Positions 50,101 to 59,908 of a stretch of DNA of 64,000 bases are shown piece after piece (the first letter of the stretch is position 1; the number at the start of each line of letters is the position of its first letter). Source of the DNA: an uncultured Gemmatimonadales bacterium (lineage in GTDB: Bacteria; Gemmatimonadota; Gemmatimonadetes; Gemmatimonadales; GWC2-71-9); assembly GCA_963821525.1 (NCBI GenBank), contig CAWGED010000019.1, forward strand, positions 928,001-992,000, given 5' to 3'. The notes beneath the pieces are model-generated. The model saw only the letters and a program-made list of their open reading frames with translations, did no database searches and was not told the origin of the DNA. A program made the translations under genes and the position numbers.

Positions 50101-51584
50101 CAGCTCTTGAAGGTCTCCACCCGCTCGCGAAGTGCTTCCGATTCGCCGGCCAGGTTGCGGGAGGCAGCGCCCATCTGTTCGACCGCTACCAGATTCTGCC
50201 GCGAGACCAGCGCGATCGACTCCACGGCCTTCACCACCATATCGCCGCCGCGCTTCTGCTCGGCCACGCCTTCCGACATCTGGTGGGTCAGCTTGTTCAT
50301 CTTCTGCGCCGCCGCGGTGATTTCCCGGGCCCCGGCCGCGTTCTCCTTGACCGATGTGGCGATCTGGCGGGTCAGGTTTGCCATGTTGCCCGCCATCGCG
50401 AGGACCTCGCGCGCGTCGGCCGCCTGCTCCTCGGTCGCGTGCGCCGCCTCGCTCACCAGCTGCGAGGTCTGGTCTACCGAGCCGACAATCGTCGCCAGTA
50501 CCTGCTCCATCAGCGTCACGGCGCCTCCGGTCTCCCGCTGTACCGTGTCGATCACCTGGGCGATCTCCTGGGTCGCCTGTACCGACCGCTCGGCCAGGCG
50601 CCGGACTTCGTCAGCCACGACCGCGAAGCCCTTCCCCGCATCGCCGGCCCGCGCCGCTTCGATGGTCGCGTTCAGCGCCAGCAGGTTCGTCTGGTCCGCG
50701 ATGTCCTCGATGACCTTGATGATCTTTCCGATCTCCTGCGAACGGTCTCCGATCGCGGCGATCGATTGAGTCAGCCGCTCTCCCCCCGCGCGAGCTTCGC
50801 TCACCGACTTTTTGGAGACTTCATCGACCTTGTGCACCCGTGATGCGATAGAGCCGACGGTGTTGATCATGTCGGTCAGCGTACCGGTGACTTCCTCCAC
50901 CGCGCCGAGCAGGGTGTCGCCGTTCTGGGCCGTCTGCGCCAGCACGACGCTCATCTGCTGAATCGAGGAAGAGGTTTCGTCCACGTTGGCCGCCAGCGCC
51001 TCGGCATTCTTGGCCAGCGCCTGCATCTGGGCCGCCATCTCGACCATGGTCGACGAGGTCTCTTCGGTCGAGCTCGACTGAGATTCGGCGCCCTTGGTCA
51101 TCTGGGTGGCCGAGGCGGAAATTTCTTCGGCCGAAGTGGCGACCGTGCGGGACGAGGTGGTAATCTGGCCGACCACCTGCCGCAGGTTCTTGACCATCTG
51201 CCGGATGGTGTGCTCGAGCCAGCCGATCTCGTCCCGGGAAAGGCTCTTGATATCGATGGTCAGGTCGCCGTTGGATACCTGCTCCGCCGCCAAGCCCAGC
51301 CGGGTCAGCGGGTCGGCGATAAGCCGGGCGAGGAAGAGCGCGGCCAGGAGCCCGAGGATGACGCCCGAGGCGACCAGGACCAGGATGAACGATCTCGAGT
51401 CCTGATAGATCGCGTCGACCATGCCTCCGCCCTGGGCGGACACAACGGCGGAGTGCATGCGGTCGAGCTGGCGGATCGCGTAGGCCCCCACGACTCCGGT
51501 GGCCAGCAGCGCGATGGTAAAGCCCGTGAGGATTTTCCGGCGGATGGTCCAGTTCCGGATCACCTGAAGAATCTGTTCGCTCAT
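50100..51584 (-). CDS. Methyl-accepting chemotaxis protein with a minimal periplasmic loop
   Basis: Two TM helices about 30 aa apart, HAMP, and [20 protein letters not shown]. Confidence 0.95.
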   Translation of the reverse strand: MSEQILQVIRNWTIRRKILTGFTIALLATGVVGAYAIRQLDRMHSAVVSAQGGGMVDAIYQDSRSFILVLVASGVILGLLAALFLARLIADPLTRLGLAAEQVSNGDLTIDIKSLSRDEIGWLEHTIRQMVKNLRQVVGQITTSSRTVATSAEEISASATQMTKGAESQSSSTEETSSTMVEMAAQMQALAKNAEALAANVDETSSSIQQMSVVLAQTAQNGDTLLGAVEEVTGTLTDMINTVGSIASRVHKVDEVSKKSVSEARAGGERLTQSIAAIGDRSQEIGKIIKVIEDIADQTNLLALNATIEAARAGDAGKGFAVVADEVRRLAERSVQATQEIAQVIDTVQRETGGAVTLMEQVLATIVGSVDQTSQLVSEAAHATEEQAADAREVLAMAGNMANLTRQIATSVKENAAGAREITAAAQKMNKLTHQMSEGVAEQKRGGDMVVKAVESIALVSRQNLVAVEQMGAASRNLAGESEALRERVETFKS

Positions 51585-52141
51585 GAGACGAGGGGTCCTG
51601 GGGTAGACACGTTTTCGAGCAAGAGTGCCTTATCAAGCTCGATGAGGATGATGAGCCGCGGACCAACTCGCGCGACGTTGCTGACATAATCGGCGCGCTG
51701 CGAAACAACTTCATCAGGCGGCGGGACGATGAAACTCTCGCCGATCTTCACCACCTGTGAGACCACATCCACCAAGATTCCTACCATGCGTCCGTGGGCT
51801 TCTACGACCACGACCCGGGAGCGCGAAGTGAGCTCGGCTCGCTCCAGCCCGAAGCGGGTTCGGATCTCCACCACCGGGAGAATCCGCCCCCGGAGGTTCA
51901 TGACTCCGCGGATGTGCGGCGGGGCCTGGGGGACCCGGGTGATTTCCGGAACCCGCACGATCTCGCGCGCCCGCGCGATTGGAATCGCGAATTCCTCACG
52001 GTCGAGCCCGAAGATGACCAGATGACGCTCGGGTTCCGCTTCCGCCGCCCGAACGGCGACACCCTGCTGGGCCACGTCGTCGGCGAAGGTCAGCAGGCTG
52101 TCCCGCGCGGAGAGCTTCAGTTCTTGTTTCATGTCGGTCAC
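51581..52141 (-). CDS. cheW: Chemotaxis adaptor CheW
   Basis: [22 protein letters not shown] and GILVD motifs. Confidence 0.95.
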   Translation of the reverse strand: MTDMKQELKLSARDSLLTFADDVAQQGVAVRAAEAEPERHLVIFGLDREEFAIPIARAREIVRVPEITRVPQAPPHIRGVMNLRGRILPVVEIRTRFGLERAELTSRSRVVVVEAHGRMVGILVDVVSQVVKIGESFIVPPPDEVVSQRADYVSNVARVGPRLIILIELDKALLLENVSTPGPLVS

Positions 52142-53829
52142 GAGAGAGTCGCGGTGGAGGCTTCGGTCCCCCGAAGCTCAGCGAATCGCGCCGTGTCGAG
52201 AATGCAGGCTACCCGACCGTCGCCCAGGATCGTGGCGCCGGAGATCGTCGGAGGCCGCCCCAGCGATGGATCGAGCGCCTTGACGACGACGTCCTGGTGC
52301 CCCAGCAAGCCATCAACCAGCATCCCCCGGCGCTTGGCGCCCGACCGGACGACTACGCAGTAGTTCCGGGAGGAGCGCGCTGTCCCACCCAGCACCTCCG
52401 CGGCATCGGACACCGGAATTACCTGGCCTCGCCAGAGCATCATTCCGTGCCCGGCGATTTCGTGAATTGCATCGTTCGTGACTCGCAGTGATTCCGCCAC
52501 GTCTCCCAGCGGCACGGCATAGCGCTCGCCATCAACCGCGACCAGCAGGGAGCGCAGCACAGCCAGGGTGAGCGGCAGGCTCATTGTGAACTTGGTGCCC
52601 TTCCCCGGCTCGCTCGTGACCTCGATGCTGCCACCCAGCGTACGAATCGAGTTGGCCACCACGTCGAGCCCGACGCCGCGTCCTGCCAGCGCAGAAACCT
52701 TCTCGGTGGTGGAAAGACCGGGCAGAAACGCCATCGCCAACACTTCTTCGCGCGACGGGGTCGCGTCCGCCGCGACCGCGCCCAGCTGTCTCGCCTTGTG
52801 CAGGATGCGCTCGGGATCGAGGCCTCTCCCGTCATCGGTGACCGTGAGGATGACCCGGTCCGAACGCTGAGCCGCCGAGAGCGTCACGGTTGCTTCGGCC
52901 GGCTTCCCGGCGCGCTCCCGATCCTCCGGCGATTCCAAACCGTGGATGATGGCGTTGGTGACCAGGTGGATGAGGGGCTCGCCCAGCCGATCGATGACCG
53001 TCTTGTCGAGCTGGGTCTCGCCACCCGAGGTCACCAGCCGAACTCGCTTCTCGTGCGCGTTAGCCACCTCGCGCACCAGCAGGTTGAAGCGGCCGAATAC
53101 GGTTGCAATGGACACCAGCCGGGTGGCCATGAGCGCACCCTCCAGCCGCTTCAATGTCTTTTCCAGCGATGTCAGCGCATGCTCCAGATCGGTGAAGCCC
53201 GCGCCTCGATGTCGGATGGCAAGGTCCCGTACCGCCTCCCGGAGACCCAGTCCCGCGATCATCGTCTCACCGAAGGTCTCCAGCAGCCCATCGAGCCGTC
53301 TGGCATCTACCCGAATCGTGCTCACCACTCCGTCGGAGCCAAGCTCTCCCACCTCCGAGCCGGTGCGGCGCTCGAACCTGCGCCGTTCGGGGTACGGGGC
53401 GGACGATGCCGCGCCGACGGACTCGGTTTGGATGAACTCGCGAGCCTCGCTGATGAAGTTCTCGCTGCGATCGGCTGAAAGCGGACCGCGGGCCGCGCGA
53501 CCCACCATCTCCACCAGAACACCGGCGCCCCGGAGCAGCAGGCCCGACGCCGCTGGTCGCAGGTCGGGCCGCTCTCCCAGGAAGGCGCAGACATCTTCCA
53601 TGCAGTGCGCGAGGGCCTGGATGGCCGTGAGGCCCATCATGGCCGAGTTGCCCTTCAAGGTGTGGAGGGAGCCTTTCAGCGTACCGAACAGCGGGTCGGC
53701 GGGGTCGCCTTCTTCCCAGCGCCCCTCGAGAGTGACCAGGGTATCCCCGACGGCCTGAGCGAGCGGAGCGCACTCCGCTACGTATTCCTCGAGCAGCTCC
53801 GCGAAGGGATTCCCGGCGTCGTCGTTCAT
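52138..53829 (-). CDS. cheA: Chemotaxis kinase CheA (no apparent P2 domain)
   Basis: Hpt LHTLKG, HLVTNAIIHG, DDGRG, GRGVGLDVV and a C-terminal CheW domain. Confidence 0.95.
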   Translation of the reverse strand: MNDDAGNPFAELLEEYVAECAPLAQAVGDTLVTLEGRWEEGDPADPLFGTLKGSLHTLKGNSAMMGLTAIQALAHCMEDVCAFLGERPDLRPAASGLLLRGAGVLVEMVGRAARGPLSADRSENFISEAREFIQTESVGAASSAPYPERRRFERRTGSEVGELGSDGVVSTIRVDARRLDGLLETFGETMIAGLGLREAVRDLAIRHRGAGFTDLEHALTSLEKTLKRLEGALMATRLVSIATVFGRFNLLVREVANAHEKRVRLVTSGGETQLDKTVIDRLGEPLIHLVTNAIIHGLESPEDRERAGKPAEATVTLSAAQRSDRVILTVTDDGRGLDPERILHKARQLGAVAADATPSREEVLAMAFLPGLSTTEKVSALAGRGVGLDVVANSIRTLGGSIEVTSEPGKGTKFTMSLPLTLAVLRSLLVAVDGERYAVPLGDVAESLRVTNDAIHEIAGHGMMLWRGQVIPVSDAAEVLGGTARSSRNYCVVVRSGAKRRGMLVDGLLGHQDVVVKALDPSLGRPPTISGATILGDGRVACILDTARFAELRGTEASTATLS

Positions 53830-53830
53830 C

Positions 53831-54229
53831 TCAGGTCCGAACGCCGCGCGCGCGGGCCCGCTCCACCAGCTCGGTGAGTTGGGCAGGAGTAAAAGGCTTG
53901 CGAAGGTACTCCCAAGCGCCGGCCGCCCTGCCTCTCGCCTCGTCCTCGGCGCTGTCTTCAGTAGTCACCAGCACAACCGGGATGTGAGGATGCAGGTTTT
54001 CCGATCGACGCCGCTCCAGGAACTCCAGTCCGTTCATCTCCGGCATGTTGAGGTCGAGGAAGACCATCTCGATTTCGGGATGAGTGGTAAACAGCGCGTA
54101 TCCCTCGCGACCGTTCTTGGCGTGCAGGAGCGTACTTCCCGCCAGCGCGCCTTTGGCGAAGACGAGCATATACATCTGGTGGTGGAGGCGGGAATCATCG
54201 ACCACCAGGAAGACAGGTTTGGCGCTCAT
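53831..54229 (-). CDS. CheY-like receiver
   Basis: VVDDS, FLDLNMP, VTT and RKPF motifs. Confidence 0.9.
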   Translation of the reverse strand: MSAKPVFLVVDDSRLHHQMYMLVFAKGALAGSTLLHAKNGREGYALFTTHPEIEMVFLDLNMPEMNGLEFLERRRSENLHPHIPVVLVTTEDSAEDEARGRAAGAWEYLRKPFTPAQLTELVERARARGVRT

Positions 54230-54609
54230 CCGATGCGCTCCGGGATGACCTGGCGAATGACTTCGCGCAGCTCGTTCGGCCGCCACGGCTTGCGCACGAC
54301 CGCCGAGACCCCCAGCGCTCGCGCGTGCTGGAGCAGCGAAGAGTCTTCCGGTTCCGCGGTGGTGAGAACGATTGGAATGGAATCGAACTCGTGCCCGCTC
54401 TTGCGCAGGGCCTCGATGAACTCGACCCCGTCCATGTCGGGCATGCGAAGATCCAGCAGGATCAGGTCGTACGGCGCGGTGGAGTCGTTGATGAGCTGAA
54501 GCGCGTCACGGCCGTTGAGGGCCGTGATCATCACGTGCTCCCGCTTGGAGAAAACCAGGCCGTACATTTTTTGTACGAGCGGAGAATCCTCGACGATCAA
54601 TATTTTCAT
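54226..54609 (-). CDS. CheY-like receiver
   Basis: IVEDS, LLDLRMP, LTT and RKPW motifs. Confidence 0.9.
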   Translation of the reverse strand: MKILIVEDSPLVQKMYGLVFSKREHVMITALNGRDALQLINDSTAPYDLILLDLRMPDMDGVEFIEALRKSGHEFDSIPIVLTTAEPEDSSLLQHARALGVSAVVRKPWRPNELREVIRQVIPERIG

Positions 54610-54619
54610 GGCGCGATCG

Positions 54620-54739
54620 TCCCCCCGGTCGAGATTGCCGACAACTCTCTGTGATTGGTTCGAGGGTGGGAGGGGCAAGAAGCAGGCCCGCCGTTGTCGA
54701 GTTTTTGAACAGCTCGGATGGCGAGCAATCTCGGAGGGA
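54620..54739 (-). promoter_or_regulatory. Candidate structured 5' leader sequestering the SD of the first che gene
   Basis: Nested inverted repeats CGAGATTGC/GCAATCTCG and CGACAAC/GTTGTCG, plus TCCCTC able to pair with GGGGGA. Confidence 0.4.
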
Positions 54740-54931
54740 AATGCGAGGCCGGACCCCTATCTCCACACAGGACCTAAGTCCAAGCCGCAACGCACGAAGG
54801 AGGTCCGCGACCGGAGCGCGAATAAGGCGCAATGCCTGGCTGGGCAAACAACTTCATGAAGCGAATTATCGGACGGGACGGCGGGTCAGTCTGAGGATTT
54901 CCGGGCTTGCAGGACGCGAGGAGCGGCTGGC

Positions 54932-55486
54932 TTAGCGAACCAGGACCGGGATGGGATGAAGCACCTCGCCATCCTCCCCTTTGGCCGCCGCATCGATCGA
55001 ATCGCGGTCCCAGATGACCAGTGCGATCAGATCCTTCGAACCGGCGAACGTTTCGAGGTCCTGCTTGGCCAGGATCGGTTCCTTCAGCGGCCGGTTGAGC
55101 GTATCGGCTCGGTAGGGATGGGTGTGAAAAGTTCCTACGAGACCCGGAGTCCCTTCGCAATCACCCGTAACTGCGAACTGCAGCTGTTTCATGTTTCGCG
55201 CGGGCGTCCACCCCTCCACCCGCAACGTATCGCCCGCGCGACTCCCGGTGAGACAGCCGAGGTACTCGCGCTGAGTCGGACGCACAGTGCCCAGCATCTT
55301 CTCGAGCTGGGTCAGATCCTGAAGCTCGTCCCAGTGTTCGTTGGAACGATCGAAGATCGCGTTCATGGAGTCCGCGACCGGCCGCGACAGCAGGATGACC
55401 GGTTGGCCCCGGGAACAACCGAGGACGCACAGCAGTCCCAACGCCGAGAATGTGCCCATCTGACCGAACCGCTCGAGCGCACGCAT
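54932..55486 (-). CDS. Putative lipoprotein with a JAB/MPN-like motif
   Basis: Lipobox-like VLGC, REYLGCL, LVGTFHTHP and a downstream QD; start at 55486 or 55459. Confidence 0.65.
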   Translation of the reverse strand: MRALERFGQMGTFSALGLLCVLGCSRGQPVILLSRPVADSMNAIFDRSNEHWDELQDLTQLEKMLGTVRPTQREYLGCLTGSRAGDTLRVEGWTPARNMKQLQFAVTGDCEGTPGLVGTFHTHPYRADTLNRPLKEPILAKQDLETFAGSKDLIALVIWDRDSIDAAAKGEDGEVLHPIPVLVR

Positions 55487-55570
55487 TTCGAAGAGTAGCT
55501 GAATCGGGGCCGATTGAAACTGGCGCCGTGATGGATACCTTGAGAGCGTCCTCCCACCCAGGAACCCTCG

Positions 55571-56291
55571 ATGCCGGCCGCCGACACGACGCCCAGCGCC
55601 TTTACCGACGCGCTCGAAATTTTCTACGCTCCATCGGAGGTCTTCGAACGCCGCAAACTGGAGCCAGCTTTCGGCCTGCCCCTGATCATCCTGGTGCTGG
55701 GGATCGGCATCCTGTTCTTCGCGTCGCGAAGCGCGATGGATCCGATCTTCGACGCGGAGTTCAAGCGTGGATTTGCGGCGGCGATGAAGCAGAACCCGCA
55801 GCTCACCTCGGAAATGGAGGCGCAGGCCAGGGAAACATCCAGGAAGTTTGTGCCGGTCTTTGTGATGGGCTACGCGTTTTTCGCCCCCTTCTTTGTCGGC
55901 TTTTTCCTGTGGCTCGCCGGCAAGCTGGTTGGAGCCAAGCAGGAACTGGCCGCGGCTTGCATGGTAGCCACGTTCGCGCTGTATCCCCGGATCCTGGAAG
56001 GGATCGTCAACGCGCTCCAGGCCCTGCTTCTTCCCGAGGAATCGCTGGTAGGCAGGTACAGCGTGACGCTCGGGCTCGGTCGCTTCTTTAATCCCGATAC
56101 TGCCAACCCCCTTCTGCTGGCGCTGATCGGCCGTATCGATGTATTCACTATCTGGGTGACTGTCCTTCTCGCCATTGGCCTGTCCATCACCGGCAAGATC
56201 CCCCGGACCCAGGCCGCGCTGGCCGCGGCACATCGTGTGGTTGATAGGAGCCTTGCTCCCCGTATTGGGCGCCATCCGCGCGATGGGCTGA
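55571..56291 (+). CDS. Yip1-domain membrane protein, apparent +1 frameshift ~56230
   Basis: IFYAPSEVF, several TM helices and IDVFTIW..GLS; the last TM (IVWLIGALLPVLG) is in the shifted frame. Confidence 0.8.
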
Positions 56292-56310
56292 ACCACCGTC
56301 AGGAGTACCC

Positions 56311-56586
56311 ATGAAAATCAAGCGCGGGACCATCATCACACTCGTTGCCGTGGCTCTTTTCGGCGCCCTGCTGCTCTTCAATACGCTTTCGGCACAGAAG
56401 GCTGAGTGCAACGTGTGCGTCGAGTTCAACGGTAAGCGCAACTGCGCAGCGGCCTCGCACGAAAACCAGGAGGAGGCCACCCGATCAGCTCAGAACACCG
56501 CGTGTGGTGTCCTGGCCAGCGGCATGAATGAGTCAATCGCGTGCGGGAGAGCCAAGCCAGTCTCGGTCCAGTGCCGCACCAAATGA
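56311..56586 (+). CDS. Small membrane-anchored six-Cys protein
   Basis: AGGAG SD, N-terminal TM helix, CNVC plus four further Cys. Confidence 0.8.
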   Translation: MKIKRGTIITLVAVALFGALLLFNTLSAQKAECNVCVEFNGKRNCAAASHENQEEATRSAQNTACGVLASGMNESIACGRAKPVSVQCRTK

Positions 56587-57930
56587 AAGGAATCCACGCC
56601 CGCTTCCCTCACCCCCTGACGCTTCTCGTCGGCTGCCTCCTCGTCGCGGCAGCCCTCACCTACATCCTTCCCCCCGGGGAGTACCAACGGCACGAAGATC
56701 CCATCACCCACCGCGACGTCGTCGTACCCGGGACCTTCGCCCCGGTAGAGCGCTCTCCGGTCAATCTGTTCCAGGCGGCAGTGGCAATCCCGCGCGGAAT
56801 GGCCGACGCCGCCTCGGTGGTCTTCCTCGTGTTCCTCATAGGCGGTGCGTTCACTGTCGTAGACCGGACCGGAGCACTCCGCACGGCGATCGGCGCCCTG
56901 GTTCGCAAACTCGACCGGCGGGAAACTCTCGTCATCCCCGTCTCCTGTGCCGCCTTCGCGCTGGGTGGCGCGCTCGAGAACATGCAGGAGGAGATCATCG
57001 CCTTCGTTCCTCTCCTCCTCCTGCTGACCCGGCGACTCGGCTTTGACGCGCTCACCGCGGTCGCGATGAGTCTGGGTGCGGCAGCGGTCGCTGCATCATT
57101 CAGCCCGATCAACCCGTTCCAGGCTCAGATCGCCCAGAAGCTGGCACAGCTCCCCCTCGGCTCGGGATGGGAGTTCCGTACCACCCTGATGCTGCTGGCG
57201 CTCGGCTTCTGGACCTGGGGCGTGACCCGGCATGCACGCCGGACCCGGAGGCCTCCCGAGGCTCGTCGAGCTGGAGGCCGGAGCATCACTCGGCTGGCGC
57301 ACTCCGCTGATTCTGCTTTCGGTGCTGGGAGCGTTCTCGGTGTTCCTTTACGGAATCCTCAGACTGGGATGGGATTTCGATCAGCTGTCCGCAGTCTTCT
57401 TCATCATGGGAGTCGTTGCGGGATTACTGGGCAGGCTCGGTATTCGAGGGACCGTCGACGCGTTCGTCGAAGGCTTCAGATCCATGACGCTGGCGGCTCT
57501 CCTGATCGGGTTTGCCCGCGCCATTTCGGTGGTACTCGAGCAGGGCAGGATTCTCGATACGATCGTTCACGGGTTGTCCGCCCCGCTGGCGAACCTCCCA
57601 CCGGCCGTCTCCGCCATCGGCATCATGGCGGTGGAGGCCGGGATTCACGTGCCGGTCCCCAGTGTGAGCGGTGAGGCCGTGCTCACCCTTCCCGTTCTGG
57701 TTCCCCTCTCCGACCTGATCGGCTTATCCCGGCAGGTGACTGTGCTGGCCTACCAGTATGGCGCGGGGCTGTGCGAGCTGGTTACTCCGACTAACGGCGC
57801 CCTCATGGCCATGCTCGCCGCCGCCGGCGTTGGCTACGATGACTGGCTCAAGGCCTTCGCCAAGCTGGTCGGCGGGCTGGCTCTCATCGGCATCGCCGCG
57901 ATCATCCTCGCCATCGCCATTTCACTCTAG
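56583..57930 (+). CDS. YfcC/DcuC-like transporter, apparent +1 frameshift ~57260
   Basis: PHP, LPPGEYQR, INPF, VPSVSG, LAYQYG and TPTNG motifs across two frames. Confidence 0.88.
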
Positions 57931-58289
57931 GGGTCATCACGGATCTCGTTAGCGATCACCTGGCGCCGTAGCCACGAGCACTGAACTGTCGCCGCAGGGT
58001 GCAGGCTCAGCCTGAAAATCGCGAGGAGGAGGAATCCGGCGGCTCCGACACCAAGGCGGTCAGCGTTCGCCCCGGGGGCCGGCAGGGCTCCGGGCTTTGA
58101 GGGACAATTGGTCCAGGTCTGGGCGATTCTGCTCGGTCAGCGATGAAGTGACTCAGCCCTGCTTCTCCCAGAGGACGGGTCACCACTTGCTTGCCACGGG
58201 GGAGGATTGGGCTATCCTTTTGCTGTCGGTAACGCGCTGCCGGACTGAGACTTATCGATGTCCGTCGATGTAACGGAGTCTGGCCCATG

Positions 58290-58304
58290 TGGCACTAACG
58301 TTGC
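58290..58304 (+). promoter_or_regulatory. Sigma54 -24/-12 promoter
   Basis: Consensus TGGCAC-TAACG-TTGC about 60 bp upstream of the GNAT gene. Confidence 0.7.
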
Positions 58305-58363
58305 GTCTTACGCGTCTACAGATGGTAGAGGAATGCCGCAGTGACGCGAAAAAGGGTGCTTCG

Positions 58364-58795
58364 ATGAGTGAGTTGACCATCCGGGAAATGGAAAACGGCG
58401 AAGAGTTCGCCGAATGGTTCTCCGACCTCACGTTGCGGGAGGAGCAGGAGACGGGTGACGGCGTTCACCTGGAGGAGCGTTTCCTGGTCCTGAGCAACGA
58501 AATCGGCGATTGGATCGGCGGACTCCGCTACTCCATGCGCGGCGGGGTCGCTCACATCCTGGACATCGCAGTGACGCCGGAAGAGCGGCACCTTGGTCAC
58601 GGCCACTTGCTGGTCAGCGCTTTCGAGACCCGTGCTCGGGAGTCGGGCGCCCACTTGGCGGAATTCTGGACCGACGACCTTCGCGATGAGGGTGAGTTCA
58701 TCCTGAACGGTTGGCATCGCGTTATGAAGCGCGACGAGTACTTTGGCGGTAAGACGTGGTACCTCATGGAGAAGCGGCTGACCCCGGCGGCCTGA
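58364..58795 (+). CDS. GNAT-family N-acetyltransferase
   Basis: IAVTPEERHLGHG acetyl-CoA motif A. Confidence 0.85.
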   Translation: MSELTIREMENGEEFAEWFSDLTLREEQETGDGVHLEERFLVLSNEIGDWIGGLRYSMRGGVAHILDIAVTPEERHLGHGHLLVSAFETRARESGAHLAEFWTDDLRDEGEFILNGWHRVMKRDEYFGGKTWYLMEKRLTPAA

Positions 58796-58933
58796 TTCCG
58801 GGCAGGGCGCTCCGGCGCCAGATTCCGACCTTCCCCCCAGCCTCCAACTGCTCCACATTACAAGTGTTGACTGCCCGACCGTGGGCCTTCCACGGAGGTC
58901 GCTCTTGTATCGCATCGAACCAGGGATTGACTT

Positions 58934-59908
58934 GTGACCCTCACGGCCACTGCCAAGGCTTTCTTTACCAAGGTCGAGGTGCTTCGCGACCTTGAGGCCA
59001 AGGTCCACGAGATGATGGAGGCCCACGTACGCAAGCGGAACCTCTGGTTCCCCAGCGACCTTCTGGAGCCTCCCCCGGGTGAATCGGCGGACGATCATGT
59101 GGTCATGCTTCGCAAGCGCGCCACCGGCATTCCGGATTCGGCCCGCGCAGCCCTCGCCCTGAATACCCTGACCGAAGAAGGGTTGCCTCATTTCCACCGG
59201 CTGCTGGCGGTGCACTTGGGCGAGGATAGCCACTGGCGTCGCTGGAACAACATGTGGACCGCGGAAGAGGATAGGCATGGGGCTGTACTGCACGACTACT
59301 TGCGAGACACCCGGCTTCTCAATCAGCGGCGTCTCGAGGAAATGCAGTATTCCTATCTTGAGAGCGGCTTTCATCCCGACTGGGACACGGATCCCTACCG
59401 GGTCTTTGTCTACACCACCCTGCAGGAACGGGCCACCCAGGTGTCGCACAGCGGCACAGGGCGAGCCGTCGCGGACTACGAGCCGCTGCTGAACGAAGTG
59501 CTCTCCAACGTCGCGCTCGACGAAGCCCGGCACTTCGCCTTCTACCGGTCGGTTTTCGAGGAAATTCTGAAGCGGGATCCGGACCAGGCCCTGCACTCGG
59601 CCTCGTTCATCATGCCGAGTATCGAGATGCCGGGCCATACGATGCCGGGTTTCCGGGAAATCGCGGATGTGATTAGGCGGGCCGGGATTTACGGTCCACG
59701 AGACTACCTGCGGATTGTGCAGGAGCAGATCCAATACTGGAGGATCGAAACGCTGACCGGCCTGGGGGAAATGGGACGGCTCGCCCAGGAAAAGATCGCG
59801 GGAATTCCCGACCGGCTCCGCCGCATTGCCGAGCACATCGAATCGCGCACCAAGTCCAAGACGTTCGCCTTCGACGTCGTGTTCAATCGTGAATTCGCGA
59901 TGGAGTAG
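58934..59908 (+). CDS. Acyl-ACP desaturase (soluble di-iron, DesA/FAB2 type)
   Basis: LTEEGLP, WTAEEDRH, LQERAT, DEARH and MPG motifs. Confidence 0.92.
   Translation: MTLTATAKAFFTKVEVLRDLEAKVHEMMEAHVRKRNLWFPSDLLEPPPGESADDHVVMLRKRATGIPDSARAALALNTLTEEGLPHFHRLLAVHLGEDSHWRRWNNMWTAEEDRHGAVLHDYLRDTRLLNQRRLEEMQYSYLESGFHPDWDTDPYRVFVYTTLQERATQVSHSGTGRAVADYEPLLNEVLSNVALDEARHFAFYRSVFEEILKRDPDQALHSASFIMPSIEMPGHTMPGFREIADVIRRAGIYGPRDYLRIVQEQIQYWRIETLTGLGEMGRLAQEKIAGIPDRLRRIAEHIESRTKSKTFAFDVVFNREFAME

Noticed and set aside
54932..56296. 454-aa ORF on the minus strand
   Set aside because: Only the C-terminal ~185 aa look real; the rest is antisense to the Yip1 gene.
58007..58288. 93-aa minus-strand ORF in the intergenic gap
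   Set aside because: Pro/Ser/Arg-rich with no SD or recognisable motif; it cannot be supported without homology or Ribo-seq data.
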